Origin: a virus
Direction: 5' to 3' (one strand)
Length of the DNA stretch: 64,000 nt
Virus record (IMG/VR): IMGVR_UViG_3300045988_147330
Location: 32,001 to 96,000 of that record
Shown: piece after piece, positions 16,070-24,713 of the stretch
How the letters are laid out: each line of letters opens with the position of its first letter
How positions within the stretch are numbered: position 1 is the first letter of the stretch
Made by a program: the position numbers and the translations under genes
Notes under the pieces: generated by a model
Told to the model about the DNA's origin: nothing
What the model saw: only the letters and a program-made list of their open reading frames with translations
Databases searched by the model: none

Positions 16070-16956
16070 ATATGGAAAAGAAATTTGAGCTAACAGATAA
16101 CTTTATAATCAATGCTTTTGGAGTGAAGTTATTCCAAATCAAGTGTACAAAGTCTTTCAAATATGCCAAGGAAGGTGATTTGGGAGGATATGTTGAGAAA
16201 GATGAGAACTTAGACCAAGAAAGCAATGCTTGGGTGTCCGGCAATGCTGAGGTGTCCGGCGATGCTTGGGTGTCCGGCAATGCTGAGGTGTCCGGCGATG
16301 CTCGGGTGTACGGCAATGCTCGGGTGTACGGCGATGCTCGGGTGTCCGGCGATGCTGAGGTGTCCGGCGATGCTCGGGTGTACGGCAATGCTCGGGTGTA
16401 CGGCGATGCTCGGGTGTACGGCGATGCTCGGGTGTACGGCAATGCTGAGGTGTCCGGCAATGCTGAGGTGTACGGCAATGCTGAGGTGTCCGGCAATGCT
16501 TGGGTGTCCGGCAATGCTCGGGTGTCCGGCAATGCTTGGGTGTCCGGCAATGCTGAGGTGTCCGGCGATGCTCGGGTGTACGGCAATGCTCGGGTGTACG
16601 GCAATGCTGAGGTGTCCGGCAATGCTTGGGTGTACGGCGATGCTTGGGTGTACGGCAATGCTCGGGTGTACGGCAATGCTGAGGTGTCCGGCAATGCTTG
16701 GGTGTCCGGCAATGCTGAGATAGACAACAATAATAAACATTGCGGATTTGACTGTTTCGGTTCTGCCAACCGCCACACCCATGCCTACCTGACAAAAGAA
16801 AACAAAGTGGAAATAACATGCGGATGCTTCCGTGGGAGTATTGAAGAGTTTGAAAAGAGAGTGGAAGAAACCCATTCGGGCACAATCTATGAGAAGCAGT
16901 ATAAAGCCATCATCGATGTTATTAAAATTAAATTTGGGTTGACTGATTTGATATAG
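16066..16956 (+). CDS. hexapeptide-repeat (left-handed beta-helix-like) protein
   Basis: About 28 consecutive G[ND]A[ERW]V[SY] hexads between an N-terminal GDLGGYVEKDENL segment and a Cys/His-containing C-terminal domain. Confidence 0.75.
   Translation: MNMEKKFELTDNFIINAFGVKLFQIKCTKSFKYAKEGDLGGYVEKDENLDQESNAWVSGNAEVSGDAWVSGNAEVSGDARVYGNARVYGDARVSGDAEVSGDARVYGNARVYGDARVYGDARVYGNAEVSGNAEVYGNAEVSGNAWVSGNARVSGNAWVSGNAEVSGDARVYGNARVYGNAEVSGNAWVYGDAWVYGNARVYGNAEVSGNAWVSGNAEIDNNNKHCGFDCFGSANRHTHAYLTKENKVEITCGCFRGSIEEFEKRVEETHSGTIYEKQYKAIIDVIKIKFGLTDLI
16225..16728 (+). repeat. 18-bp coding tandem repeat, 28 units
   Basis: Units vary at only three codons: aat/gat, gag/cgg/tgg and tcc/tac. Confidence 0.9.
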
Positions 16957-16996
16957 ATTCATTTGCTTATAAACTTTATGCCTTCCCGGTCTGTGA

Positions 16997-17069
16997 AGAT
17001 AGGGTGGGTGTTGGTATCGCCCTGAACGGATTAACGTTTTAAAATGTGTGTAAAAATTAACATTAATAC
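16997..17069 (+). repeat. TnpB-3'-end-derived repeat, copy B (3' core only)
   Basis: gatagggtgggtgttggtatcgccctgaacggattaacgttttaaaatgtgtgt...acattaatac, abutting the ATG at 17070. Confidence 0.7.
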
Positions 17070-17516
17070 ATGAAAAAGAAAGAAATAGACGAAGGATATA
17101 TTGTAGGTGACTTTTATATTCTCAAAGATATAATTAAAGATGGATATATTCACATAATAAATATAAAAACCATGTGGCAGATAAAGGTATACATGGGAGA
17201 AAATGCAGCAAGTTTCCTTTGTCTTCCACAACAGGAAATATTTGACAGGATCAACGGAATATATATTCAGTCCATGATGTCTTTATATGATTCAGAATAC
17301 GCCTTAAACATAGCTAAAAATGCAAAATCATACATGGCTCGTAAAGCTAAGAAGGTTAAAAAATCTGATGAGAATGAAGATATAGAAAAGGTGAAAAGAG
17401 ATCAGTTTATGATGAAAATAGCTTCCTCTTCTGATGAGGAAATTATGGATATGATTGTCAATGGAGAAATTAATTATGAATATTTTAAACATGACAAGGA
17501 AAAGGAGGATGTATGA
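17070..17516 (+). CDS. hypothetical protein, paralog of 15098..15550
   Basis: See 15098..15550. Confidence 0.6.
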   Translation: MKKKEIDEGYIVGDFYILKDIIKDGYIHIINIKTMWQIKVYMGENAASFLCLPQQEIFDRINGIYIQSMMSLYDSEYALNIAKNAKSYMARKAKKVKKSDENEDIEKVKRDQFMMKIASSSDEEIMDMIVNGEINYEYFKHDKEKEDV

Positions 17517-17863
17517 GCGAAATGGAAAGACATATCGGTAAGGTAAGAAAAGTTGATTTAGGAAATTATACCATTGAAGAATGGTGCGAGAAAAAATGTA
17601 AGTCTATTGGAATAGGTTTAGACGAATGCTATAAATCCTATAAGGAAGCGTTATTAACAGATCCATATCCATCTATTGTGATTGAAGTTGATGGCACTCT
17701 TTGGGAAATCATTGAAGATAATGAAGAAGAAGACACAGAAGATATATCAATCCTTACTCCAAACAATGACGGAACTTACAGTTATATAATGCAGTTTTAC
17801 AATGGAGGAACTTGTTTATCTGAAATGCTTGAAGATGGTATAAAAAATATAAAGGAGGAATGA
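17513..17863 (+). CDS. hypothetical acidic protein
   Basis: ATGA coupling. Confidence 0.55.
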   Translation: MSEMERHIGKVRKVDLGNYTIEEWCEKKCKSIGIGLDECYKSYKEALLTDPYPSIVIEVDGTLWEIIEDNEEEDTEDISILTPNNDGTYSYIMQFYNGGTCLSEMLEDGIKNIKEE

Positions 17864-17865
17864 TT

Positions 17866-17958
17866 ATGCAAGACTATATTTCAGATTGGTTTATTCCTAT
17901 GGACTTCGGTAATGACCTGCCGGATGAAGAACCGGACTATGAAGATAATTTTAATTAA
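17866..17958 (+). CDS. 30-aa acidic peptide MQDYISDWFIPMDFGND..., paralog of 15971..16069
   Basis: Own translation. Confidence 0.5.
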   Translation: MQDYISDWFIPMDFGNDLPDEEPDYEDNFN

Positions 17959-18010
17959 GTGTATTTGTTTACATGCCTGCTTTATTTATTAAGATAGGGC
18001 GGGCGAAAAT

Positions 18011-18084
18011 GGGGCGTTTGGCTGGTGTGACTAATGTGATGCGCAGCATTGTAGAGGAGGACAGTTCGATTCTGTCACGCCCCT
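18011..18084 (+). tRNA. tRNA-like element with perfect acceptor and T arms but non-canonical D and anticodon arms
   Basis: GGGGCGT/ACGCCCC acceptor stem; GACAG-TTCGATT-CTGTC T arm. The central region folds only as ATGC-GCA-GCAT or as a 7-nt loop GCGCAGC lacking U33. Confidence 0.4.
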
Positions 18085-18131
18085 CATACATGTGATTCAC
18101 ACATCAATAACAGTAAGTAAATAACAAATAA

Positions 18132-18623
18132 ATGAAAAACGATAAATTAATATTGGATGCTTGTTGTGGTAGTCGTATGTTTTGGTTTGATAAACAAAAT
18201 CCTAATGTGTTATTTGTTGACAAACGTTCAGAAACACTTACGGCCAAAGATAGGGATAAGATAAGGACTATAGAGGTAAAACCTGATATTATCGCAGATT
18301 TTACTAATTTACCATTTGAAGATAATTCTTTCTATCAAGTTGTATTTGATCCACCGCACCTGAAAACACTTGGAGAAAATTCATGGATGGCAAAAAAATA
18401 TGGCAAGTTGCCTGATGATTGGAAAAGTATTATTCATGAAGGTTTCAAGGAGTGCATGAGGGTATTAAAACCGAATGGTACACTTATCTTCAAATGGAAT
18501 GAAAGCGAGATAAAAGCATCAGATGTTTTGTCTGTTATTCCTTTCAAACCTCTATTTGGACATACAACTGGTAGACAAAGTAAGACGATATGGATGTGTT
18601 TTATGAAATTATGTGATAAATAA
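18132..18623 (+). CDS. SAM-dependent DNA methyltransferase (DPPH motif; N6-A or N4-C type)
   Basis: ILDACCGSRMFWF (motif I-like) and VVFDPPHL (motif IV). Confidence 0.6.
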   Translation: MKNDKLILDACCGSRMFWFDKQNPNVLFVDKRSETLTAKDRDKIRTIEVKPDIIADFTNLPFEDNSFYQVVFDPPHLKTLGENSWMAKKYGKLPDDWKSIIHEGFKECMRVLKPNGTLIFKWNESEIKASDVLSVIPFKPLFGHTTGRQSKTIWMCFMKLCDK

Positions 18624-18659
18624 AATATGGAAACAAAAAGAATTTAAACTTTAATTATT

Positions 18660-19214
18660 ATGATGAATTTTTTTGAATGCAAAATCCGTTACGAAAAGAT
18701 AATGGAAAATGGTGTAAACAAGAAAGTAACAGAACCCTATTTGGTTGACGCGCTTAGCTTTACTGAGGCAGAAGCACGTATTATATCTGAAATGACACCG
18801 TTTATTAGTGGAGAGTTCACTGTTTCGGACATCAAACGAGCCAACTACAGCGAACTATTCTCATCTGAGGAAGATGCAGCCGACCGATGGTTTAAGTGCA
18901 AGCTGTTCTTCATTACGCTGGACGAAAAGAGCGGAGCGGAGAAAAAGACCTCCACTACTGTACTGGTACAGGCTTCCGACCTTCGAGATTCTGTAAAGAA
19001 ACTTGACGAAGGAATGAAAGGTACAATGGCAGACTACGTGATTGCATCCGTAACCGAAACAGCTATCATGGATGTTTATCTATATGAGGAAGATAATAAA
19101 TCTTTACCAGAGTTTCCTAGTGGAGACAAGACGGAAGCTGTTATAGGTGATAAAAATGTAATTGTAGACAAGACAGGGAGTGCAACTATAGTTTCAACAA
19201 GTAATATCCAATAA
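18660..19214 (+). CDS. DUF4494-like protein
   Basis: FECKIRYEKIMENGVNKKVTEPYLVDALSFTEAEARIISEMTPFISGEFTVSDIKR matches my recollection of Bacteroides DUF4494 proteins. Confidence 0.5.
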   Translation: MMNFFECKIRYEKIMENGVNKKVTEPYLVDALSFTEAEARIISEMTPFISGEFTVSDIKRANYSELFSSEEDAADRWFKCKLFFITLDEKSGAEKKTSTTVLVQASDLRDSVKKLDEGMKGTMADYVIASVTETAIMDVYLYEEDNKSLPEFPSGDKTEAVIGDKNVIVDKTGSATIVSTSNIQ

Positions 19215-19216
19215 TT

Positions 19217-19744
19217 ATGCCTAACGAACAACAAAACCAACTTCTCCATCATTGGAGAACTGGAAGTCAATCTGATTATGTAGGAGTAGAAATACTTCCT
19301 AACGGTCAGTCTATCATCGCTACAATATCCCATATCGTATGGGATGAGAATGCAAAGGTACAAGGTAGCAAGAAACCATCATGGATTGCTTACTTTAAAG
19401 AAACAAACCTTGTTCCTAAACCTATGCTATTGAACAGTACGAACCGTAAACGCCTCACTAAGCTGGCACAAACTGATTATCCTGAAACCATCCGTGATTT
19501 CCGTGTTATATTATGCAAGGAACTGACACGTGACCCAAGCGATGGAGGAAAGGTCTACGGATTGCGTATAGGGCGTGATGTTCCGCCACCACCACAGAAA
19601 GAGAAGATGACAGTCAACTCTGATAAATTCAAGGCTGCATTGGAAGCATTGAAAAGTGGGAAATGCGACATTGGATACATCACGGCAAGCTATGATGTGG
19701 ACGCTGAAGCTATGAAATTGTTTAACGAATCAGTTAAAAAATAA
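19217..19744 (+). CDS. hypothetical protein (recombination-module neighbour)
   Basis: Sits immediately upstream of the YqaJ-like exonuclease. Confidence 0.5.
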   Translation: MPNEQQNQLLHHWRTGSQSDYVGVEILPNGQSIIATISHIVWDENAKVQGSKKPSWIAYFKETNLVPKPMLLNSTNRKRLTKLAQTDYPETIRDFRVILCKELTRDPSDGGKVYGLRIGRDVPPPPQKEKMTVNSDKFKAALEALKSGKCDIGYITASYDVDAEAMKLFNESVKK

Positions 19745-20544
19745 TGGAAGCAGAAGAAAAAGAAAAATTATGGCTTATGAAGAGGTGTGGTAAAATCACC
19801 TCTTCCGCCATTGGAAAACTTATGGTTTCTGGGAGAAGGGAAATGACACCTTCCGAACTAGAGGTTGCAAAAAAACAGGGTGTAAAGAGAAAGACAGTTG
19901 ATGTTCCTTTCGGAGATACAGCTATCTCTTATCTTTATCAGGTTGCAAGGGAGAGAAGGTTAAACAAACCATGCCGACATATATCCACTTCTGATATGGA
20001 GTGGGGAAAGGATCATGAAAAAGACGCTATAGAATGTTTTAACCATAACACGTTCTCCAGACTAATGTCCTGTGCGGATGATTTTGACGAAATTGTTTTT
20101 GTCGATAATATCTATGATGGATATGGCGATTCTCCCGATGGATATGGATTTGATGTCAATGGTAAATTATCTTATATAGCAGAAGTGAAATGCTTTACTT
20201 CTGAAAGTAAGATTGAATATTTGAGAGAAGCAACAAAGGAACAGGCGATAGAGGAATACTATTGGCAGCTAATGTCGCATTTCCTTTCCCATCCCGATGT
20301 GGATAAAATGTATTATATCGTATATGACGGCAAGTCAGATGATGATCCGTTTGATTTACGCCCAGTTAACGATCCGTCAAGGCTTTTGTATTGGGAACTT
20401 GACAGAAGCGATTATAAAGATGATATAGACAGGATGGAGGATAAGTTACAAATGGCTCTAGCTTATCTTTCACTCAACGAACGTGATGCAAAAAAATACC
20501 CAATAAGAAAAGTAAATGACTTTGTTGGTGTTTCAAATACGTAA
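19744..20544 (+). CDS. YqaJ / lambda-exonuclease-like PD-(D/E)xK recombination exonuclease
   Basis: GDSPDGYG ... IAEVKC motif pair. Confidence 0.65.
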   Translation: MEAEEKEKLWLMKRCGKITSSAIGKLMVSGRREMTPSELEVAKKQGVKRKTVDVPFGDTAISYLYQVARERRLNKPCRHISTSDMEWGKDHEKDAIECFNHNTFSRLMSCADDFDEIVFVDNIYDGYGDSPDGYGFDVNGKLSYIAEVKCFTSESKIEYLREATKEQAIEEYYWQLMSHFLSHPDVDKMYYIVYDGKSDDDPFDLRPVNDPSRLLYWELDRSDYKDDIDRMEDKLQMALAYLSLNERDAKKYPIRKVNDFVGVSNT

Positions 20545-20580
20545 CGGGTAATTGCGGAGTTACCACAAAAAGTTAATAAT

Positions 20581-21366
20581 ATGTCAACAAATATAACATT
20601 ATCTAAAGAAAGTAGTGAAAGCGAAATTAAGGCGTATTTCAATGAAATATTAAAGCTATCACAATCAGATAACGAATTTCCAGTAAATTTTGATGATGTA
20701 TGGATGCTTGTTTATCAAGACAAGCATAAAGCAGTAAACGAACTTAAAGAAAAGTTTATTGAAAGTGTTGATTATCAGGCAATCACCCAAAAAGTAAAAT
20801 GCCAAAATGGAATCGGTTATTCAAGAAGAATTGATTATCATATTACTGTTCCTTGTCTTGAATTTTTTATTGCAAGAAAAGTAAGATCAGTATTTGAGGT
20901 TTACCGACAAGTATTCCATCATACCGTTAATAAGATTATAGAGAATAAGTCAATTGATAATCAACCAACCATATCGGATAAAATGAATGCAGCTACATGG
21001 GCGGCAAAGTTCTTGAACTTAAATGATAATTCAAAGTTGATTATCGCAAAACAGATACTTGACCCATTAAATATATCTCTTCCAGATTATACATCATCGA
21101 AAGGGATATTAAAGTCTGCCTCTGAGTTGTTATCTGAAAAAGGAATTAAAATTTCCGCACAGGCATTTAACAAGGCAGCTATTGAAAAAGGATACCTATG
21201 CGAATTGAGCCGAAATTCTTCACACGGTAAGAAAAAACGATTCAAATCAATCACGGAAAAAGGTCTTTCTTATGGGGAAAACCAAGTAAGCCCGAATAAT
21301 CCTAAAGAAACACAACCGTTGTGGTATGAGGATAAGTTTGAAGATTTATTGTCTAAATTGTTATGA
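20581..21366 (+). CDS. antirepressor-like DNA-binding protein (KilAC-like C-terminus)
   Basis: Weak pattern resemblance only. Confidence 0.4.
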   Translation: MSTNITLSKESSESEIKAYFNEILKLSQSDNEFPVNFDDVWMLVYQDKHKAVNELKEKFIESVDYQAITQKVKCQNGIGYSRRIDYHITVPCLEFFIARKVRSVFEVYRQVFHHTVNKIIENKSIDNQPTISDKMNAATWAAKFLNLNDNSKLIIAKQILDPLNISLPDYTSSKGILKSASELLSEKGIKISAQAFNKAAIEKGYLCELSRNSSHGKKKRFKSITEKGLSYGENQVSPNNPKETQPLWYEDKFEDLLSKLL

Positions 21367-21668
21367 TTACATTTATCAAACACAACAAACCTAATCATGG
21401 GGACGAAATAATCGTCCCTTATCTTGCTATAGAGAACAATATCAATTTTATTATGCTCAATGGTGGTGTAGGTGATGTTGAACTTATGGATGGTACAAGG
21501 TGTAAGTCCATAGAATGCACTCCTATTAAATTTGACAATGCAGGAGATGATATATATCGTATATATGGCATAGGGAAAGAAGCGTGGAAAATGGCATGGC
21601 TGAAAAGAGTACATGCCATGAGTGATGAAATTGTAAAACTAAAGTTAGATTTCAATGCCAGCAATTAG
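21363..21668 (+). CDS. hypothetical protein
   Basis: ATGA coupling. Confidence 0.5.
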   Translation: MITFIKHNKPNHGDEIIVPYLAIENNINFIMLNGGVGDVELMDGTRCKSIECTPIKFDNAGDDIYRIYGIGKEAWKMAWLKRVHAMSDEIVKLKLDFNASN

Positions 21669-22038
21669 CGAATTATGGATAGATTATCCAATATCTTACC
21701 GTGACGAAAAAGGAAGGTTCGTCAAAGGTCATAATTATGGATTCAAGAAAGGAAGGAAAGTATCGGATGAGGAACGTGAAAAGAAAAGAGTTATTATGAA
21801 GGAACTCATAAAGAAACGAAAGGAAAACGGTTCTTATCTCGGTCATAGAAACAATAAAAGGGCTGTCATTGCGATAGAGGATGGTACGAACAGATTCCTA
21901 TGCTTTGAAGCCTGTTGTGACTGTGAGAGGAAATTAGGTATGCCACAACGCTCATGCAGTTCTTTCTGTAAGGGGAAAAACGGGCATAGATGGAGAAACT
22001 TTAAATTGTTTTACGAAGATGAATACGGATTACGTTGA
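21655..22038 (+). CDS. NUMOD-type DNA-binding protein without a nuclease domain
   Basis: GRFVKGHNYGFKKGRKVSDEEREK (NUMOD3-like). KRAVIAIEDGTNRFLCFEACCDCERKLGM...GHRWRNFKLFY resembles the C-terminus of the HNH endonuclease at 37211. Confidence 0.4.
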   Translation: MPAISELWIDYPISYRDEKGRFVKGHNYGFKKGRKVSDEEREKKRVIMKELIKKRKENGSYLGHRNNKRAVIAIEDGTNRFLCFEACCDCERKLGMPQRSCSSFCKGKNGHRWRNFKLFYEDEYGLR

Positions 22039-22369
22039 CGAATTTGAAAACTACGACAGGAAGTTAATCAAACTAAATAGTGACACTGCCATTTTGCTGC
22101 ACATATTCAAGAAAAAACCGAACCACCACTTCGAGGATTGGATGGTTCTTCAAGACAATGAGGAATACTTCAAAAAGGAATGTGTTCCTGATTACGAAGA
22201 TGCCGCCAGGCAGTTTATCAAGCAGTTTGAAGGAGAAGAGTGCATGGCTTTTGTGATTGCATTGAAAAACGAACTTGAAAGAATGATACAAGAAGATGAG
22301 TACAAACGAAATCAAGCTAAGGGATTACCAGGAGGTGGGGATAACCCGTCTGAGAAATTCCCTGACTAA
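22019..22369 (+). CDS. hypothetical protein
   Basis: ORF in array; 74-nt overlap with the helicase start. Confidence 0.4.
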   Translation: MNTDYVDEFENYDRKLIKLNSDTAILLHIFKKKPNHHFEDWMVLQDNEEYFKKECVPDYEDAARQFIKQFEGEECMAFVIALKNELERMIQEDEYKRNQAKGLPGGGDNPSEKFPD

Positions 22370-24698
22370 TCATAAGCATGTCATATTTTCAGCCTGTGTA
22401 AGTTACGGCAAAACGGTCATAATGAGTTTTATGGCTAAAGGTGCTGTTGAAAAGGGGAATAAGGTGCTTATCGTATCCCACAGATCTGAACTTATGACAC
22501 AGACAGGGGGAACGTTGGAAAGAGTTGGCATACAGGCTGAATACATCTCTCCTAAACACAGGAACATACCTAAAGGTCTAGTAGTATCCGCAATGGCTCA
22601 AACTCTCCGTAGAAGGCTCGAAAAACCCGAATGGGTTGAATGGATTAAGAGTGTAAAATTAGTTCAGATTGACGAGTGTTTTCGTGGAGATGTAGAAATA
22701 TTAACAGATAAAGGATATGTAAGATTTGATTCTTTGCAAGGTAACGAAAGGGTTGCACAATATACAGATAATGGCAACATTGAATTTGTAAAGCCATTGC
22801 GATTTATAAAACGCTACCATGAAGGAGAAATGTGTAAATTAACACTGTATAGAGGGAAATATGTATATATGACTCCTAACCACAATCAGATATATAAAAT
22901 AAAAGGGAAAGAAGGTATATATTCTGATTGTGTAAAAAATATAAAATTTAATATCCTTAAATATATACCTATTAATGGGAAAGGATGTGGATATAATGAT
23001 TTATTAACTGATTTAGAAAGATTATTCATAGCCATACAGGCTGATGGTACATTTCAACATGAATGTATTGAATACGACAGTTATTCAATAAAACTTACAA
23101 GACCTAAAAAAATAAATCATTTTTTAGATATATCTAAAAACATAGAATGCAGGGAAATAAAATGTAATAGAAAAAACACACGTAGATGGATGTGCAAAAT
23201 ACCAAAAGGAAATGCAAAACTTCTATCTACTCATTTTTCTATAGAAATGGGGTATGACAGGGCTGTTGATTTTATAAATGAAGTTGTAAAATGGGATGGG
23301 AGCGTTATAAGTGATAATTTATTTTATTATTCTTCTGTTGTGAAAGAAAATGCTGATTTTGTATCATCAGTAGCGGTTCAAGCTGGATATAGAGCATACA
23401 TTATTGTTGAAAAGGATAATAGAAAATCCCATTATAAAGATGTGTATAGAGTGTTTATGCACAAAACAAGTTATATAAATGGGCAAAATATCAAAAAAGA
23501 ATATGTTGAATATAATGGGTATGTATATTGTGTTGAAGTACCATCCCATAATATAGTTGTGCGTGCGAATGAAAGTTTTACATTCATATCAGGTAATTGT
23601 CATACCTCTGACGCGGACTTTCTCTTTGAATCCGGTTTGCTTGATGATAAGTATGTAGTAGGTCTTACAGGAACCCCGATGAGAAGTGGGAACCAAAGGC
23701 AGCTTGGTATGAACTATGAAGAGATTGTAGAAACCGCTCAGATACAGGATATGATGGAGCGGGGAAACATAACCAAGTTGAGGACGTTTACAGTTGATGC
23801 ACCCGACTTGTCTAAGGTTAATACCGATTATCGTACAGGTGACTTCGATAGCAGGCAGATGGGGGCGGTATTCAATAAGTCTGTACAGTACAAGGGGGTA
23901 ATTGAAAACTATATGCGCATTTGCCCGATGAAGAAAGCAATTTGTTTTGATGCCACACAGGCAAATGCGATAAGAATGTGTTCCGAGTTTAATGAAGCTG
24001 GTATTCCTGCAAAATTTCTCATATCAGGCATAGATAAGAACAAGCTAGATGAGTTGGAATTATATGAGAAATATAAGCATTTTACAGGAAACAGGGAGCA
24101 GCTTATTAAGGATTTCCATGACGGTAAATTCACTGTTATATGCAATAGTGGCATATTGTCTACAGGATACGATGAAACAAGTATAGAAGTCTGTATATTA
24201 AACCGTGCTACTCAATCCGTTCAGTTCTATATTCAAGCAACAGGTAGGGCAATCCGGCTTCATCCTGGTAAAACGGAAGCATTTCTTCTTGACTTCGGTG
24301 GTAACATATCACGGCTTGGTAAGTTTGAGAAAGAACGTAAATGGGCTTTATGGCATAATAAGGGAAAATGTGAGGGAATACAAGGGGTAAAAGAATGTAA
24401 ACAGTGCGGTAAATATATTGCTATAACCGCTTCGGAATGTCCTTTTTGCGGATATGTATATCCAACCGAGAAAGAAATCAGGATGGCAGAGTTGCAGGAA
24501 CTAGTAGGAGATTTAAAATTCGAGCAAATGACACCTACGCAATTTTTCCAATATGCGGAACTTAAAGGATATAATGTTTATTGGGCGATCCGGCAGTTGT
24601 ATATCAGAAATACGGAATCTGATTTTCGTAAAGCCATGAAAGAATGCGGATATTCTAGCAAGTTTATATGGGGATATATCCAGAGAAACAAAAAATAA
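22296..24698 (+). CDS. SF2 DExH-box helicase interrupted by an intein
   Basis: Walker A ACVSYGKT; motif II IDE|C...N|CHTSD restored to DECH after excision; GLTGTP; QATGRAIR; C-terminal CxxC..CxxC ribbon. Confidence 0.85.
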   Translation: MSTNEIKLRDYQEVGITRLRNSLTNHKHVIFSACVSYGKTVIMSFMAKGAVEKGNKVLIVSHRSELMTQTGGTLERVGIQAEYISPKHRNIPKGLVVSAMAQTLRRRLEKPEWVEWIKSVKLVQIDECFRGDVEILTDKGYVRFDSLQGNERVAQYTDNGNIEFVKPLRFIKRYHEGEMCKLTLYRGKYVYMTPNHNQIYKIKGKEGIYSDCVKNIKFNILKYIPINGKGCGYNDLLTDLERLFIAIQADGTFQHECIEYDSYSIKLTRPKKINHFLDISKNIECREIKCNRKNTRRWMCKIPKGNAKLLSTHFSIEMGYDRAVDFINEVVKWDGSVISDNLFYYSSVVKENADFVSSVAVQAGYRAYIIVEKDNRKSHYKDVYRVFMHKTSYINGQNIKKEYVEYNGYVYCVEVPSHNIVVRANESFTFISGNCHTSDADFLFESGLLDDKYVVGLTGTPMRSGNQRQLGMNYEEIVETAQIQDMMERGNITKLRTFTVDAPDLSKVNTDYRTGDFDSRQMGAVFNKSVQYKGVIENYMRICPMKKAICFDATQANAIRMCSEFNEAGIPAKFLISGIDKNKLDELELYEKYKHFTGNREQLIKDFHDGKFTVICNSGILSTGYDETSIEVCILNRATQSVQFYIQATGRAIRLHPGKTEAFLLDFGGNISRLGKFEKERKWALWHNKGKCEGIQGVKECKQCGKYIAITASECPFCGYVYPTEKEIRMAELQELVGDLKFEQMTPTQFFQYAELKGYNVYWAIRQLYIRNTESDFRKAMKECGYSSKFIWGYIQRNKK
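22677..23597 (+). mobile_element. intein (307 aa) with LAGLIDADG-type homing endonuclease core
   Basis: Block A CFRGDVEILTDKGYV; block B TPNH; LFIAIQADGT and FINEVVKWDGS; block F VYCVEVPSHNIVV; ends ISGN followed by the +1 Cys. Confidence 0.8.
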
Positions 24699-24705
24699 CA
24701 TTATT

Positions 24706-24713
24706 TACATTTG
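24706..24713 (+). promoter_or_regulatory. Bacteroidota-type -7 box (TACATTTG)
   Basis: Exact TAnnTTTG 41 nt upstream of the ATG at 24754. Confidence 0.45.

Noticed and set aside
16225-16728. Possible CRISPR array, because of the regular short repeats
   Set aside because: The units are contiguous with no spacers, the period is 18 bp, and the array lies in-frame inside a CDS.
16056-16962. Four additional long ORFs across the hexapeptide-repeat gene: 16056-16778, 16157-16885 and 16210-16962 on the minus strand, and 16226-16723 in another plus frame
   Set aside because: They exist only because the 18-bp repeat unit has no stop codon in five frames. Their products are pure low-complexity repeats (PDTSALPYT, RTPEHC, SIAGHP, AMLGCP) with no unique flanking domains. 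The 16066-16956 frame has proper N- and C-terminal domains and ATGA coupling to the upstream gene.
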